From Acidimicrobiia bacterium (GTDB lineage Bacteria > Actinomycetota > Acidimicrobiia > Acidimicrobiales > JANYDT01): a DNA stretch of 64,000 nucleotides. The notes below the pieces were generated by a model that saw nothing but the letters and a program-made list of their open reading frames with translations, had not been told where the DNA came from and did not search any database. Positions within the stretch are counted from its first letter, which is position 1, and each line of letters starts with the position of its first letter. The stretch covers positions 22,726 to 86,725 of the forward strand of contig JANLRD010000224.1 of assembly GCA_031368215.1 (NCBI GenBank), written 5' to 3'. The translations under genes were made by a program, and so were the position numbers. This document shows, one piece after another, positions 53,596 through 62,497 of the stretch.

Positions 53596-56529
53596 ATGCT
53601 CCGTCTCACACTCAAGAACCTCTGGGCCTATAAGAAGCGTCTGCTCACCAGCGGTCTCAGCATCGTCATCGGTATCTCGTTCCTCGCCGGCTCATTCGTC
53701 TTCACCGACACTCTGAAGGGGCTCTTCACCGACTTGTTCAAATCATCGGTGGCAGGCGTCGATGCGCAGGTTCGCCAACAGCGGGCCTTCGGCAGCCAGA
53801 CCGATGGCGGACCGTACGAAAAGGGACGTGCCGGCCTGCCGGCCGCGCTGGTCACCGACATCGTTGCCGTCCCGGGAGTCGCGGCTGTCGCTCCGTACAT
53901 CGAGGGGTACGCCCAGCCGATCAACGCCAAGGGAAAGCTGGTCAAGACCGGGGGAGCCCCGACCTTCGGCTACATCTGGGTCGCCGACCCTGAGCTCAGC
54001 GCATATCGGCTGCTCAACGGTCGGGCCCCGAAGGCGAACGGCGAGGTCGTATTCGACCGCGGCCTCATGAAGGAGATGAAGGCCAAGGTCGGCGACACCG
54101 TAACGGTGAACACCCTGGCGGGCGCCGAGAAGTTCCGCCTTGTCGGCGACGCCACCTTCGGCTCGTCCGACGCCGCGCTCGGCACCACCGCGGTGTTCTT
54201 CGCGCAGGACGACGCGCAGAAGTACCTGACACGGCCCGGCTTCGTCCAGTCGTTTCTCGTCCGCGCCGACCCCGGGGTGAGCGAAGCGGCGCTCGCGAAA
54301 AACCTCGAGTCGGCCCTCGCCGGAAAGGACTTCGAGAACAAGACCACGGTCGAGGTCGTGACCGGCACGGAGCTCGAGAAGGAGCAGCTGTCCTTCGTGA
54401 ACACGATCTTCGGCTTCATCAACACCTTCTTCACGGCATTCGCGGTGGTGGCACTGTTCGTATCGATCTTCGTGATCTCCAACTCCTTCTCGATCCTCGT
54501 CACCCAGCGGACCCGCGAGATGGCGTCGATGCGCATTCTGGGGGCCTCACGAGCCCAGGTGATCACGACCACCTTCCTCGAAGCTCTTGCCGTCGGTCTC
54601 CTCGCGTCGGCCGTCGGCGTGGCCGCCGGCCTCGGCGTCGCCCAGCTGATTCGGCTGTTGCTGCAGACGTTCGGGGGCAGCGGACTGCCGAGCTCAGGCC
54701 TCGTCCTGAAGCCGCGCACCGTCGCCGTCGGCCTCGGAGTCGGCACCGTCGTCACCGTGCTGTCGGCGATCCTCCCGGCGCTGAAGTCGGCGCGCATCAA
54801 GCCACTCGCGGCCCTGCGAGAGACCGCCATCGACAGCGCCGGCACCTCGAAGGTGCGTCTCATCTTCGGCGGGGCACTCGCCGCGATCGCTGGAGCGGTC
54901 ACGGCGGCCGGTCTCGCCGACTCCGGCTCTGACGGTGCATTGAAGCTCGGTATTGCCGCCGGCATTGCACTCATCGCCATCGCCCTGCTCGGGCCGGTGT
55001 TGGCCAAACCGGTAGCGGGCGCGCTCGGACGTCCGTGGTTCGGCGTCATCGTCGCCATCTTCGGAGGCCTGGTCTCACTCTTCGGGACGGTGGCGCTGGT
55101 CATCCTCGGCAGTCGTCAGATCGCCGATGGGAACGTCGTCGTCGGACGTCAACTCAGTGTTGGGCTGGTGTCGGCTGTCGTGGCGTTCGGGATCGCGTGG
55201 TTGGTGGCGCGGCGACGCGACCGTGACCGTTCGGCGCTCGACGATCCCACCTTCGGCGGCACACGGAAGATCGCGTTGCTTGCCGGTTTGTTCGGGCTCT
55301 ACAACTTCAGCCCGTTCTTCGGTGGTGCGGCCGCAGCAGCGGTGTGCGGTTGGTACCTGATCCGCACTGGCCGTTCGTCGTTCGAGACGTCGGGACAGAT
55401 CGCGCGCGAGAACGCCATCCGCAATCCGACCCGAACCTCCGCGACCGCGCTTGCGCTCACCATCGGTACTGCATTGGTAAGTGCGCTGAGTGTTCTGTCG
55501 TTCTCGTTGACCGACACGTTCCGGGGAGTGTTCGACGAGACGATCGTGGCCGATCACGTTGTCGCCAGCGCGGCGCAAGACGTCGGGTTCCCGATCTCGG
55601 TGCAGGAGGAGATCAACAAGGTCCCGGGTGTTGTGGCGAGTTCCACTCTCCAGTTCGAGCGCTTCCGGTTCGGTTTCCCGCCTCGGGAGCGCGGCATCGG
55701 CGGCATCGAGTCCTCCGACTTCACCAAGGTTGTGCGTCTCGGGAAAGTCGAAGGATCGATCGCTGCGCTCGCAAAGCCCGACACCATCGCCGTTGCCAAG
55801 ACCACGGCCGATGACCAGGGTCTCAAGATGGGCGACACGATCCGGGCGAAATTCGGCAACGGTCGCAACGCCACGTTCTCGATCGTCGCGTTCTACGGAA
55901 ATGCCGAGGGCCTGGGCAACACGTACTACCTGGTCGATAACTCCGTGACGCTGAGCAAGTACATCGAGAACACGAGTGCCGACCTCCTCTACGTGAAGTC
56001 ATCGGCGAAGACCAAGACAGAAAAGGTCGCTCTCGAGGCTGCCGCCGACAAGGCGTTGGCCAAGTACCCCGGCGCCGAGTTCCAGACGAAGAAGAAGTTC
56101 GTCGATGGTCAGGTCGGTCAGTTCCAGCAGTTCCTGGCGGTGGTCAACGCGCTCTTGTTCCTTGCGATCATCATTGCGGTGCTCGGCATCGCCAACACGC
56201 TGCGTCTTTCGATCTTCGAGCGAACGCGCGAGATCGGCCTGTTGCGTGCGGTCGGTATGAGTCGTGATCAGCTGCGCTCTTCGATCCGCTGGGAAGCGAT
56301 CGTCGTGGCGACGTTCGGTGCGGTGGTCGGTGTTGTCTTCGGAACGGTGTTCGGTTCCGCGCTCGTCCACGTGCTCGGCAAGGACGGTGGCCTCCTCAGG
56401 CTCAGCGTGCCGGTGCAGATCCTCCTGCCGTTGGCGTTGCTGGCATCGATCGTCGGTCTCTACGCCGCTCGCAAGCCGGCGAGCGATGCCGCCAAGCTCA
56501 ATATCCTGCAGGCGATCTCGACGGAGTGA
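53596..56529 (+). CDS. ABC transporter permease with two FtsX-like domains
   Basis: 977 aa. An N-terminal TM segment and large extracytoplasmic domain precede a 3-4 TM FtsX block. A second extracytoplasmic domain and a terminal FtsX block (RTREIGLLRAVGMSRDQL) follow. Confidence 0.88.
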   Translation: MLRLTLKNLWAYKKRLLTSGLSIVIGISFLAGSFVFTDTLKGLFTDLFKSSVAGVDAQVRQQRAFGSQTDGGPYEKGRAGLPAALVTDIVAVPGVAAVAPYIEGYAQPINAKGKLVKTGGAPTFGYIWVADPELSAYRLLNGRAPKANGEVVFDRGLMKEMKAKVGDTVTVNTLAGAEKFRLVGDATFGSSDAALGTTAVFFAQDDAQKYLTRPGFVQSFLVRADPGVSEAALAKNLESALAGKDFENKTTVEVVTGTELEKEQLSFVNTIFGFINTFFTAFAVVALFVSIFVISNSFSILVTQRTREMASMRILGASRAQVITTTFLEALAVGLLASAVGVAAGLGVAQLIRLLLQTFGGSGLPSSGLVLKPRTVAVGLGVGTVVTVLSAILPALKSARIKPLAALRETAIDSAGTSKVRLIFGGALAAIAGAVTAAGLADSGSDGALKLGIAAGIALIAIALLGPVLAKPVAGALGRPWFGVIVAIFGGLVSLFGTVALVILGSRQIADGNVVVGRQLSVGLVSAVVAFGIAWLVARRRDRDRSALDDPTFGGTRKIALLAGLFGLYNFSPFFGGAAAAAVCGWYLIRTGRSSFETSGQIARENAIRNPTRTSATALALTIGTALVSALSVLSFSLTDTFRGVFDETIVADHVVASAAQDVGFPISVQEEINKVPGVVASSTLQFERFRFGFPPRERGIGGIESSDFTKVVRLGKVEGSIAALAKPDTIAVAKTTADDQGLKMGDTIRAKFGNGRNATFSIVAFYGNAEGLGNTYYLVDNSVTLSKYIENTSADLLYVKSSAKTKTEKVALEAAADKALAKYPGAEFQTKKKFVDGQVGQFQQFLAVVNALLFLAIIIAVLGIANTLRLSIFERTREIGLLRAVGMSRDQLRSSIRWEAIVVATFGAVVGVVFGTVFGSALVHVLGKDGGLLRLSVPVQILLPLALLASIVGLYAARKPASDAAKLNILQAISTE

Positions 56530-56557
56530 AACCGGATCTCGCCAGGCCGGCGGGGCG

Positions 56558-57169
56558 TCAGGCTCCGGCGCCGACGATCAGCGGTTCGTCGCCGGGTGGG
56601 ATCAGCGATGACAGGCCGACGCTGTCGCGCACGCGGGAGCGGGTGGCGTCGAACGCTCGGGCCAGGAGTGGGCCGGGCGTGGAGTCTTTCGCGTACAGAC
56701 GGGAATCGATCCCTTCCTGTTCCCGGGCCCTCGCCCGGGCGAGCGCCTGCTCGGTGACCGAGAGGTGCTCCACGCCGTCGACGGCCGGTGCCTCCGAACC
56801 AGCAGCCTTGGCGCGGCCCTGTTCGCGGGCGGTCTCGTACGCCTTCGGCATGTCGTAGGGAGTGGCGTTCTCGAGCGGAAGCTGGGACACGGCGGCGGCG
56901 ATCGTTTCGGGAAGCCGACGAAGACGTTCGCGAGGCGTCTTCGGTTCGCTGAAGCGCCCCACCCCGAAGAGTCGGGGAGCGTCCTCGCGGCGGTCGTCGA
57001 GGGTCCAGCCCTTCGGAACCGTCACCCGGTCGGCATGTTCCTTGCACAGGATCGCCGCCCCCGGCTGATCGACATGTCGGTCGATTGCGATCAGACGCGC
57101 GCTCGGATCGATCAGCGCGCGAGCAACACCGCGCTCGGCACAATCAGGCCGCGAACAGGTGACACGCAC
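56558..57169 (-). CDS. DUF3499-like protein
   Basis: 204 aa from the GTG at 57169: VRVTCSRPDCAERGVARALIDPSARLIAIDRHVDQPGAAILCKEHADRVTVPKGWTLDD, the actinobacterial DUF3499 pattern. The longer ORF to 57475 overlaps ctaA antisense and was rejected. Confidence 0.7.
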   Translation of the reverse strand: MRVTCSRPDCAERGVARALIDPSARLIAIDRHVDQPGAAILCKEHADRVTVPKGWTLDDRREDAPRLFGVGRFSEPKTPRERLRRLPETIAAAVSQLPLENATPYDMPKAYETAREQGRAKAAGSEAPAVDGVEHLSVTEQALARARAREQEGIDSRLYAKDSTPGPLLARAFDATRSRVRDSVGLSSLIPPGDEPLIVGAGA

Positions 57170-57216
57170 CTGGCCAGCGTACAGGGGGAGTTCTCGCGAT
57201 GAAGGACAGCGTGCGC

Positions 57217-58479
57217 TCAGCGGGTAGCGACGATCGGAACCGCTCGGCGAACGACAACGGCCTCCTCGCCGCGTCGGGGAACCGTGATGGCGGCGCGGAC
57301 CCACAGCACGCCACACCACACGGAGATCGCTCCGAGGATATGCACCTGCACGAGAAGCGCCGGCACCTGGGTGAACCACTGCCAGTACCCGATACCCCCC
57401 TGGAAGACGATGACCATGGCGAGTACACCAATGCGTCGGCGAAGCTCGATTGCGGCCGCAGTCGTCGCCCGCCACACCCGCACCGCCATCACGATGACGA
57501 GGAACAGCGTGAGCCAGACGAGTGCGCTGTGCACCCGTACGACGTCGAGCATGGAGAAGCCGAAGCGGCGCACCTCGGGATCGCCGCCGTGGGGCCCCGA
57601 TCCCGTGAGTATGCAGCCGACGAACACAACACCGAGGGTTCCGATCATCAGCGCGTTGCCGAGCCGGCGCATCGTCGCGTCGACGGCGGATACGCGATCA
57701 CGTCCGAGGATGGTGCCACTTGGACCGCTTTCCCCGGATCGGTGGAAGAGCACGGCGCCTGCGGCGAGGCAGGCGATGGCCAGGATGAAGTGCGACATCA
57801 CGAACTGCGGCTGGAGGTCGAAGATGACGGTGAGTCCGCCGAGGATCGCGTTGCTGAACAGACCGAAGCTCACCAGGAGCCCGAAGCGGACGAGGTCGCG
57901 ACGGTAGGGGCGGCGCACGAGCGCCGTGAGAACACCGACTGCCGCAGCAAGAAGGCAGAGGCCGGTGACGACACGGTTGCCGAACTCGATGGCTGCGTGC
58001 TTGCCGCTCTCGGGAACGATGTTGCCTTCTTTGCACGTCGGCCAATCGGGGCACCCCAGACCGGAACCGGTGAGTCGCACGGCAGCGCCCGTCAAGATGA
58101 TGAATCCGAGGAGGAGCGCCGACACGAACGCGATGATCCGGAATGTGCGCACTGATATGCGCACGTATCGTCCGAGCAACGCGAGCGAGAGGGCGACGAT
58201 CAGCAGCAGGACGACGAGCCCGGTGAAACCCGAGACAACGGCGCGCACGTTGCGGCTTTGACCGGCAAGGGCGCCAACGATCGCCTGACTGACGACGATG
58301 CTGGCGACGAGCAGGACCACGAGGCGTCGAAACTGCGGCGCCGGCATTGTGGCGAGGGCCCGTACGCGCTCCACGATCGGGCCGGGCGCGTCACCGGACA
58401 CGGCTGCGTCGTGTCCCGTGCTGTCTTCGTGATCGGCCGCGATCGCGGCTGCGTTCCAGTTCAGCAATCGGCCCATCAC
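57217..58479 (-). CDS. ctaA: Heme A synthase (COX15/CtaA family)
   Basis: Polytopic membrane protein with GAAVRLTGSGLGCPDWPTC and conserved His residues in paired helices. The N-terminal ~45 aa may not be translated (alternative ATG near 58347). Confidence 0.85.
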   Translation of the reverse strand: MMGRLLNWNAAAIAADHEDSTGHDAAVSGDAPGPIVERVRALATMPAPQFRRLVVLLVASIVVSQAIVGALAGQSRNVRAVVSGFTGLVVLLLIVALSLALLGRYVRISVRTFRIIAFVSALLLGFIILTGAAVRLTGSGLGCPDWPTCKEGNIVPESGKHAAIEFGNRVVTGLCLLAAAVGVLTALVRRPYRRDLVRFGLLVSFGLFSNAILGGLTVIFDLQPQFVMSHFILAIACLAAGAVLFHRSGESGPSGTILGRDRVSAVDATMRRLGNALMIGTLGVVFVGCILTGSGPHGGDPEVRRFGFSMLDVVRVHSALVWLTLFLVIVMAVRVWRATTAAAIELRRRIGVLAMVIVFQGGIGYWQWFTQVPALLVQVHILGAISVWCGVLWVRAAITVPRRGEEAVVVRRAVPIVATR

Positions 58480-59097
58480 TCAGTCACCGCGGTGGCGTTG
58501 TTCCCGGAACGGGTCGCCGTACATGTGATAGCCGTTGCGCTCCCAGAAGCCGGGCTTGTCAGCGGTCAGTAGTTCGATCCCTCGGATCCACTTGGCCGAC
58601 TTCCACAGGTAGAGGTGGGGGACGAGCGTTCGGAGCGGATACCCGTGGTGCGGTTCGAGCGGCTGGCCCTCGTAGGTGTGCGCGAGGAGCGCAACGTTCG
58701 GTTCGAGCACATCGGCGAGCGGGAGGTTCGTCGTGTACCCGAACTCGCAGTGGAACATCACGTGGGTCGCGTCGCTTCGGATGCCCGCCTCTCGGAGGAT
58801 CTCGGCGATCGACACTCCAGTCCATGCGGTGTCGAACTTCGACCACTTCGTGACGCAATGGATGTCGGTGGTGATCGTGATCTGCGGACGGGCCATCAGC
58901 TCCGCCCACGACAGCGACATGTCCCGCTCGACCGCGCCGCCAATCGTGACGGTGTAGTCGGCCAGGTTCGGGTACTTCGGTACGTCGCCGACGTGGAGAA
59001 CTGGAAAGCGATCGGTCGCATATTGCCCGGGAGGGAGGCGCTTCGGATCGATGCCCTTGGCCTGAAGGTCGGCCCGATTCCGCTGGAAGAAGCTCAC
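58480..59097 (-). CDS. Small molybdopterin-dependent (sulfite-oxidase-like) oxidoreductase
   Basis: 205 aa: DIHCVTKWSKFDTAWTGVSIAEIL...GQPLEPHHGYPLRTLVPHLYLWKSAKWIRGIELL. This is the Mo-cofactor-binding core without a dimerisation domain. Confidence 0.75.
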   Translation of the reverse strand: MSFFQRNRADLQAKGIDPKRLPPGQYATDRFPVLHVGDVPKYPNLADYTVTIGGAVERDMSLSWAELMARPQITITTDIHCVTKWSKFDTAWTGVSIAEILREAGIRSDATHVMFHCEFGYTTNLPLADVLEPNVALLAHTYEGQPLEPHHGYPLRTLVPHLYLWKSAKWIRGIELLTADKPGFWERNGYHMYGDPFREQRHRGD

Positions 59098-59203
59098 GGA
59101 GCCAATTCTTTCAGGCCCCGGTCACAACCACAGTCGGCAAACCTGAGGGCCGCTCAACCCGCCGCCGACGTGTGGGTACGGTCAACGAGTATCCTGGCCA
59201 GAC

Positions 59204-60250
59204 GTGCAACTCGATAACGTCCGGCTCGGTCTCACGTTCGACGACGTCCTCCTCGTCCCTCAGCGTTCCACCGTCCGCAGCCGCCAGAAGGTCTCGGTCG
59301 CGACGAAGCTGAGTCGCAACGTCGAGATTTCGATTCCGATCCTCGCCGCCAACATGGACACCGTCTGCGAATGGGAAATGGCACTCGCCATGGGCCGTCT
59401 CGGCGGCATCGGGATCATCCATCGCTTCCTGTCCAGCGAGGAGCAGGCCGAGCAGATCGCCAAGGTGAAGTCCGATGGTGTCCTCGTGGGAGCGGCGGTA
59501 GGTACCGACCGCGACGCCATCGATCGGGCCCGGGCGATGGTCGAAGCCGGTGCGGACGTCCTCGTACTCGACATTGCGCACGGCCACAGTGACCACGCCA
59601 TCGACACCGTACGCGCGCTGAAGAAAGCGTTTCCATCCGTCGACGTGATCGCCGGCAACGTCGCCACCCGGCTCGGAGCCGAGGACCTCGTTGCCGCGGG
59701 CGCCGACGCCATCAAGGTCGGCGTCGGTCCGGGCGGGGTGTGCACGACGCGCATCGTCGCCGGAGTGGGTGTGCCGCAACTCACGGCGGTCAACGATTGT
59801 GCCGGCCTCGACGTTCCGGTGATCGCCGACGGCGGCATCCGCACCAGCGGTGATATCGCGAAGGCGTTGGCCGCCGGTGCGCAGAGCGTGATGATCGGGT
59901 CGATGTTCGCGGGAACGACCGAGAGCCCCGGCGAGGTCGAGCAGTCACCGCACGGACTCGTGAAGCGTGTGCGCGGCATGGCATCGTTCGAGGCGCTCGA
60001 ACGTCGCGCCCATCGAGAGGGAACGGAGATCGACGAGGAGTACCTCGAGCAGCGCGCACCGGAGGGTGTCGAGGGCACCGTGCCGTATCGAGGTGCCGTT
60101 GGTCCGCTGGTCTCGAAGCTCCTCGCCGGCGTGCGCAGTTCGATGAGCTACTCCGACGCACTGACGATCTCCGAGTTCCAGGCGAAGGCCCAGTTCGTGC
60201 GCATCACCAACGCCGGCCTGACGGAGTCGCACCCCCACGCCACGAGGTGA
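59204..60250 (+). CDS. IMP dehydrogenase/GMP reductase family protein lacking CBS domains (GuaB3-like)
   Basis: 348 aa. LTFDDVLLVPQRS, IPILAANMDTV, the catalytic loop KVGVGPGGVCTTRIVAGVGVPQ, and ADGGIRTSGDIAKALAAGA. GTG start. Confidence 0.88.
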   Translation: MQLDNVRLGLTFDDVLLVPQRSTVRSRQKVSVATKLSRNVEISIPILAANMDTVCEWEMALAMGRLGGIGIIHRFLSSEEQAEQIAKVKSDGVLVGAAVGTDRDAIDRARAMVEAGADVLVLDIAHGHSDHAIDTVRALKKAFPSVDVIAGNVATRLGAEDLVAAGADAIKVGVGPGGVCTTRIVAGVGVPQLTAVNDCAGLDVPVIADGGIRTSGDIAKALAAGAQSVMIGSMFAGTTESPGEVEQSPHGLVKRVRGMASFEALERRAHREGTEIDEEYLEQRAPEGVEGTVPYRGAVGPLVSKLLAGVRSSMSYSDALTISEFQAKAQFVRITNAGLTESHPHATR

Positions 60251-60358
60251 CCCGCTCGCTGCCTGGCGTTCCTGGGCCAGCGTTGCGTCATCGGTCAGGT
60301 CGCGTGCGAGGGGCGGGGCTCCCGACCCGGGTCCGGTGAGGTGCGTCGAGCAGGCGGC

Positions 60359-61222
60359 TCAGCTGTTCGGTACTGCGGGTGCGGTCCCGTTCGTGGCTGC
60401 CGTGGTCGCAGCGGTCGAAGGAGTCGCAGCGTTCGCACCGGCGGCAGCCTCCTGCCGGGCTGATGCAACGAGCTGTTTCACGAACGGGGGCGGGTCGAGG
60501 GCGTCGAGAGCCGCGAAGTCCTTGTTCGCCGCCGCCGGGTCCCCGAGATCGCGGAGAAGCAGCACCCCTCGGAAGGCTCGGGCGTCGGGATAGGCCGGAG
60601 CCGCGGCAATCGCGTTGTCGAGACGAGACTTTGCTCGCTTGATCAGTTCGTCACGGGTCGGTCCATCGGCTGATTGCGCCACGATGCGCAGTAGCCAACC
60701 TCCGTAGGCGATCGCCTCGGGGTTCTGTGGATCGATGGCGAGGACTGCGTCGTAGCTCTTGAGCGAGGCGAGCGGATCGGCCGCGAGCTTGTCCTGAGCT
60801 TCCTTCAGGAGTTTGCTCACCTCGGCGCTGCGGTTCGCGCCGGCCGCGTTGACCGTCCCCGTGAGGCCCTGACGGCCGACACGCTCGCCGGCGGATCGGG
60901 CAACGACCAACCCCGCGCCGATCGCCGCGACAACGGTGACAGCAACCGCGACCGGAGTGCGCCAACGGGGCACTGCCGACGTTGCCGTCGTGACCCGTTC
61001 GGCAATCCCGGCCTCGACATCGGCGCGCCGTCGGATGACCGATGCGGTCCTTCCGACATAGTCGTCCTTGAGCGCGTGATAATCGGCGACGTCGAGATCG
61101 CCGGCGGCGAATTCCGCTTCGAGGTCGCTGAGCGAACGGAGGAGCATGGCACGCTCGTCGTCGAGGGATGCCAGGTCGTCGAGAGCGCGGCCCGTCACCC
61201 CGGACGGAGTCGCGTTGCTCAC
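60359..61222 (-). CDS. CcmI/CycH-like TPR protein of the cytochrome c maturation cluster
   Basis: 287 aa with one TM segment (VAVAVTVVAAIGAGLVVA) and a TPR-like C-terminal region. The start overlaps the ccmH stop. The call rests on context and architecture. Confidence 0.55.
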   Translation of the reverse strand: MSNATPSGVTGRALDDLASLDDERAMLLRSLSDLEAEFAAGDLDVADYHALKDDYVGRTASVIRRRADVEAGIAERVTTATSAVPRWRTPVAVAVTVVAAIGAGLVVARSAGERVGRQGLTGTVNAAGANRSAEVSKLLKEAQDKLAADPLASLKSYDAVLAIDPQNPEAIAYGGWLLRIVAQSADGPTRDELIKRAKSRLDNAIAAAPAYPDARAFRGVLLLRDLGDPAAANKDFAALDALDPPPFVKQLVASARQEAAAGANAATPSTAATTAATNGTAPAVPNS

Positions 61223-61707
61223 GGTTTCTCCGGCGTGTCGCTCAGCACGGATTCTTCCGCGAGCGCGGCCTCGACGAGCTCACGGTCTTCCTCGGTCGCC
61301 TGGAGCGTTGGTCGTCGGGTCCTCGCGAAGATGTTCACCAGCACGGCAGCGCCCACGACGACAACCGCCACGGGTGCGATCCACACGATCGCCCCAATGC
61401 CGGTAGCCCTCGGGCGGAGGAGTTCGCTGGTGCCGAATCGGTCAACGAGAAAGGCCCGAATGTCCGCGTCCTTCTCGCCGGACTCGACCTGGCGGGTGAT
61501 CTCGGCATAGATCGCCCGGGCGCCGGCCGCTTTCGATGCCCGTACGGACAACCCCTGGCAGGTGGGGCATCGGATCTCCGACGCGATCCGGTCGGCCCTA
61601 CTCGTGACCGTCTCGGGCGTCGATACGCCGCGTCCGACGAACAGCACCAGGGCCACCAGAGCGAGCGCTCCGATGATGAACGCGTAGCTGCGGCGAGCGC
61701 GGCTCAC
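61219..61707 (-). CDS. ccmH: Cytochrome c-type biogenesis protein CcmH (CXXC)
   Basis: 162 aa from the GTG at 61707. Signal/TM segment, then RADRIASEIRCPTCQGLSVRASKAAGARAIYAEITRQVESGEKDADIRAFLVDRFG, then a C-terminal TM segment. Confidence 0.85.
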   Translation of the reverse strand: MSRARRSYAFIIGALALVALVLFVGRGVSTPETVTSRADRIASEIRCPTCQGLSVRASKAAGARAIYAEITRQVESGEKDADIRAFLVDRFGTSELLRPRATGIGAIVWIAPVAVVVVGAAVLVNIFARTRRPTLQATEEDRELVEAALAEESVLSDTPEKP

Positions 61708-61909
61708 GACACCCCCGCTCGCTCGGCGGCCCCGACACCATGGTGCGGCAGGACACCTCCCAGCGAGGTTGGGAGGTGTTCTGCCCCCATATATGGGGGC
61801 AACCTCGCTCCTGACGGTGGCGGGCACCGGTGTTGCGAGCAGTCGAGCGAAGCGAGCGGCGCAGCGCCGGACGAACGCTGGGACAACCTCTCTCCTGACG
61901 GTTCGGAGG
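61708..61909 (-). other. Structured 202-nt ccmG-ccmH spacer (hairpin, 18-bp palindrome, 19-bp direct repeat); alternatively a 69-codon coupled ORF
   Basis: Hairpin: ACACCTCCCA (61753-61762) / TGGGAGGTGT (61770-61779). Perfect palindrome GCCCCCATATATGGGGGC at 61783-61800. Direct repeat CAACCTC(G/T)CTCCTGACGGT at 61800-61818 and 61884-61902. AACCTCGCT (61801-61809) is also complementary to AGCGAGGTT (61762-61770). Confidence 0.6.
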
Positions 61910-62497
61910 TCATGGCTTCTGGAGGGAGGTGAGGATTCGGTTGAGGCCGGCCTGGGTGGCGGCGCCGTTGACTTTGGCGACGACGATGCCGTCGGGGCTG
62001 ACCACGTAGGTCTCGGGCGCCTTGAGCACGCCCCAGTCGACGGACGTGCGGTCGGAGTCGACCACCGGCCAGTCGCCGCCACGTTTGGCAAAGAACTTCT
62101 TGATGTCCGCCGGCGTGTCCTGGTAGGCCACGGCCAACAGGACGGCATCACCGGTTTTTGTGTGCTCCTCGGAGAACGCCTTGAGCTCGGGGTGCTCGAT
62201 CGCACACGGGGGGCACCAGGTACCGAAGAAGTTCACAACGGCGTACGGGCGCTTCCCAGACGCGCCGGCGATGCCGATCGTCTGCATGCCCGACAACGAC
62301 ACGGGTTTGCCGGTCAGCACATTTGTGCCGCGGATCTCCGGTGCTGCTTTGCCGAGCAATGGGCTGCGGCCGAAGCCGTCGCCGCTCCCCGAGCGGGTCG
62401 CAAGCACGACCACGAGACCGGCGACGATCAGCCCAACGATCGCGGCGATCAACCGTGCCGATCCGAGCCGCGGCTGGCTGGTCGAAGGTCCGCTCAT
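61910..62497 (-). CDS. ccmG: Thiol:disulfide oxidoreductase CcmG/DsbE/ResA-type
   Basis: 195 aa from the ATG at 62497, which overlaps the ccmF stop (ATGA). N-terminal TM segment and the thioredoxin motif VVNFFGTWCPPCAIEHPEL. Confidence 0.88.
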   Translation of the reverse strand: MSGPSTSQPRLGSARLIAAIVGLIVAGLVVVLATRSGSGDGFGRSPLLGKAAPEIRGTNVLTGKPVSLSGMQTIGIAGASGKRPYAVVNFFGTWCPPCAIEHPELKAFSEEHTKTGDAVLLAVAYQDTPADIKKFFAKRGGDWPVVDSDRTSVDWGVLKAPETYVVSPDGIVVAKVNGAATQAGLNRILTSLQKP

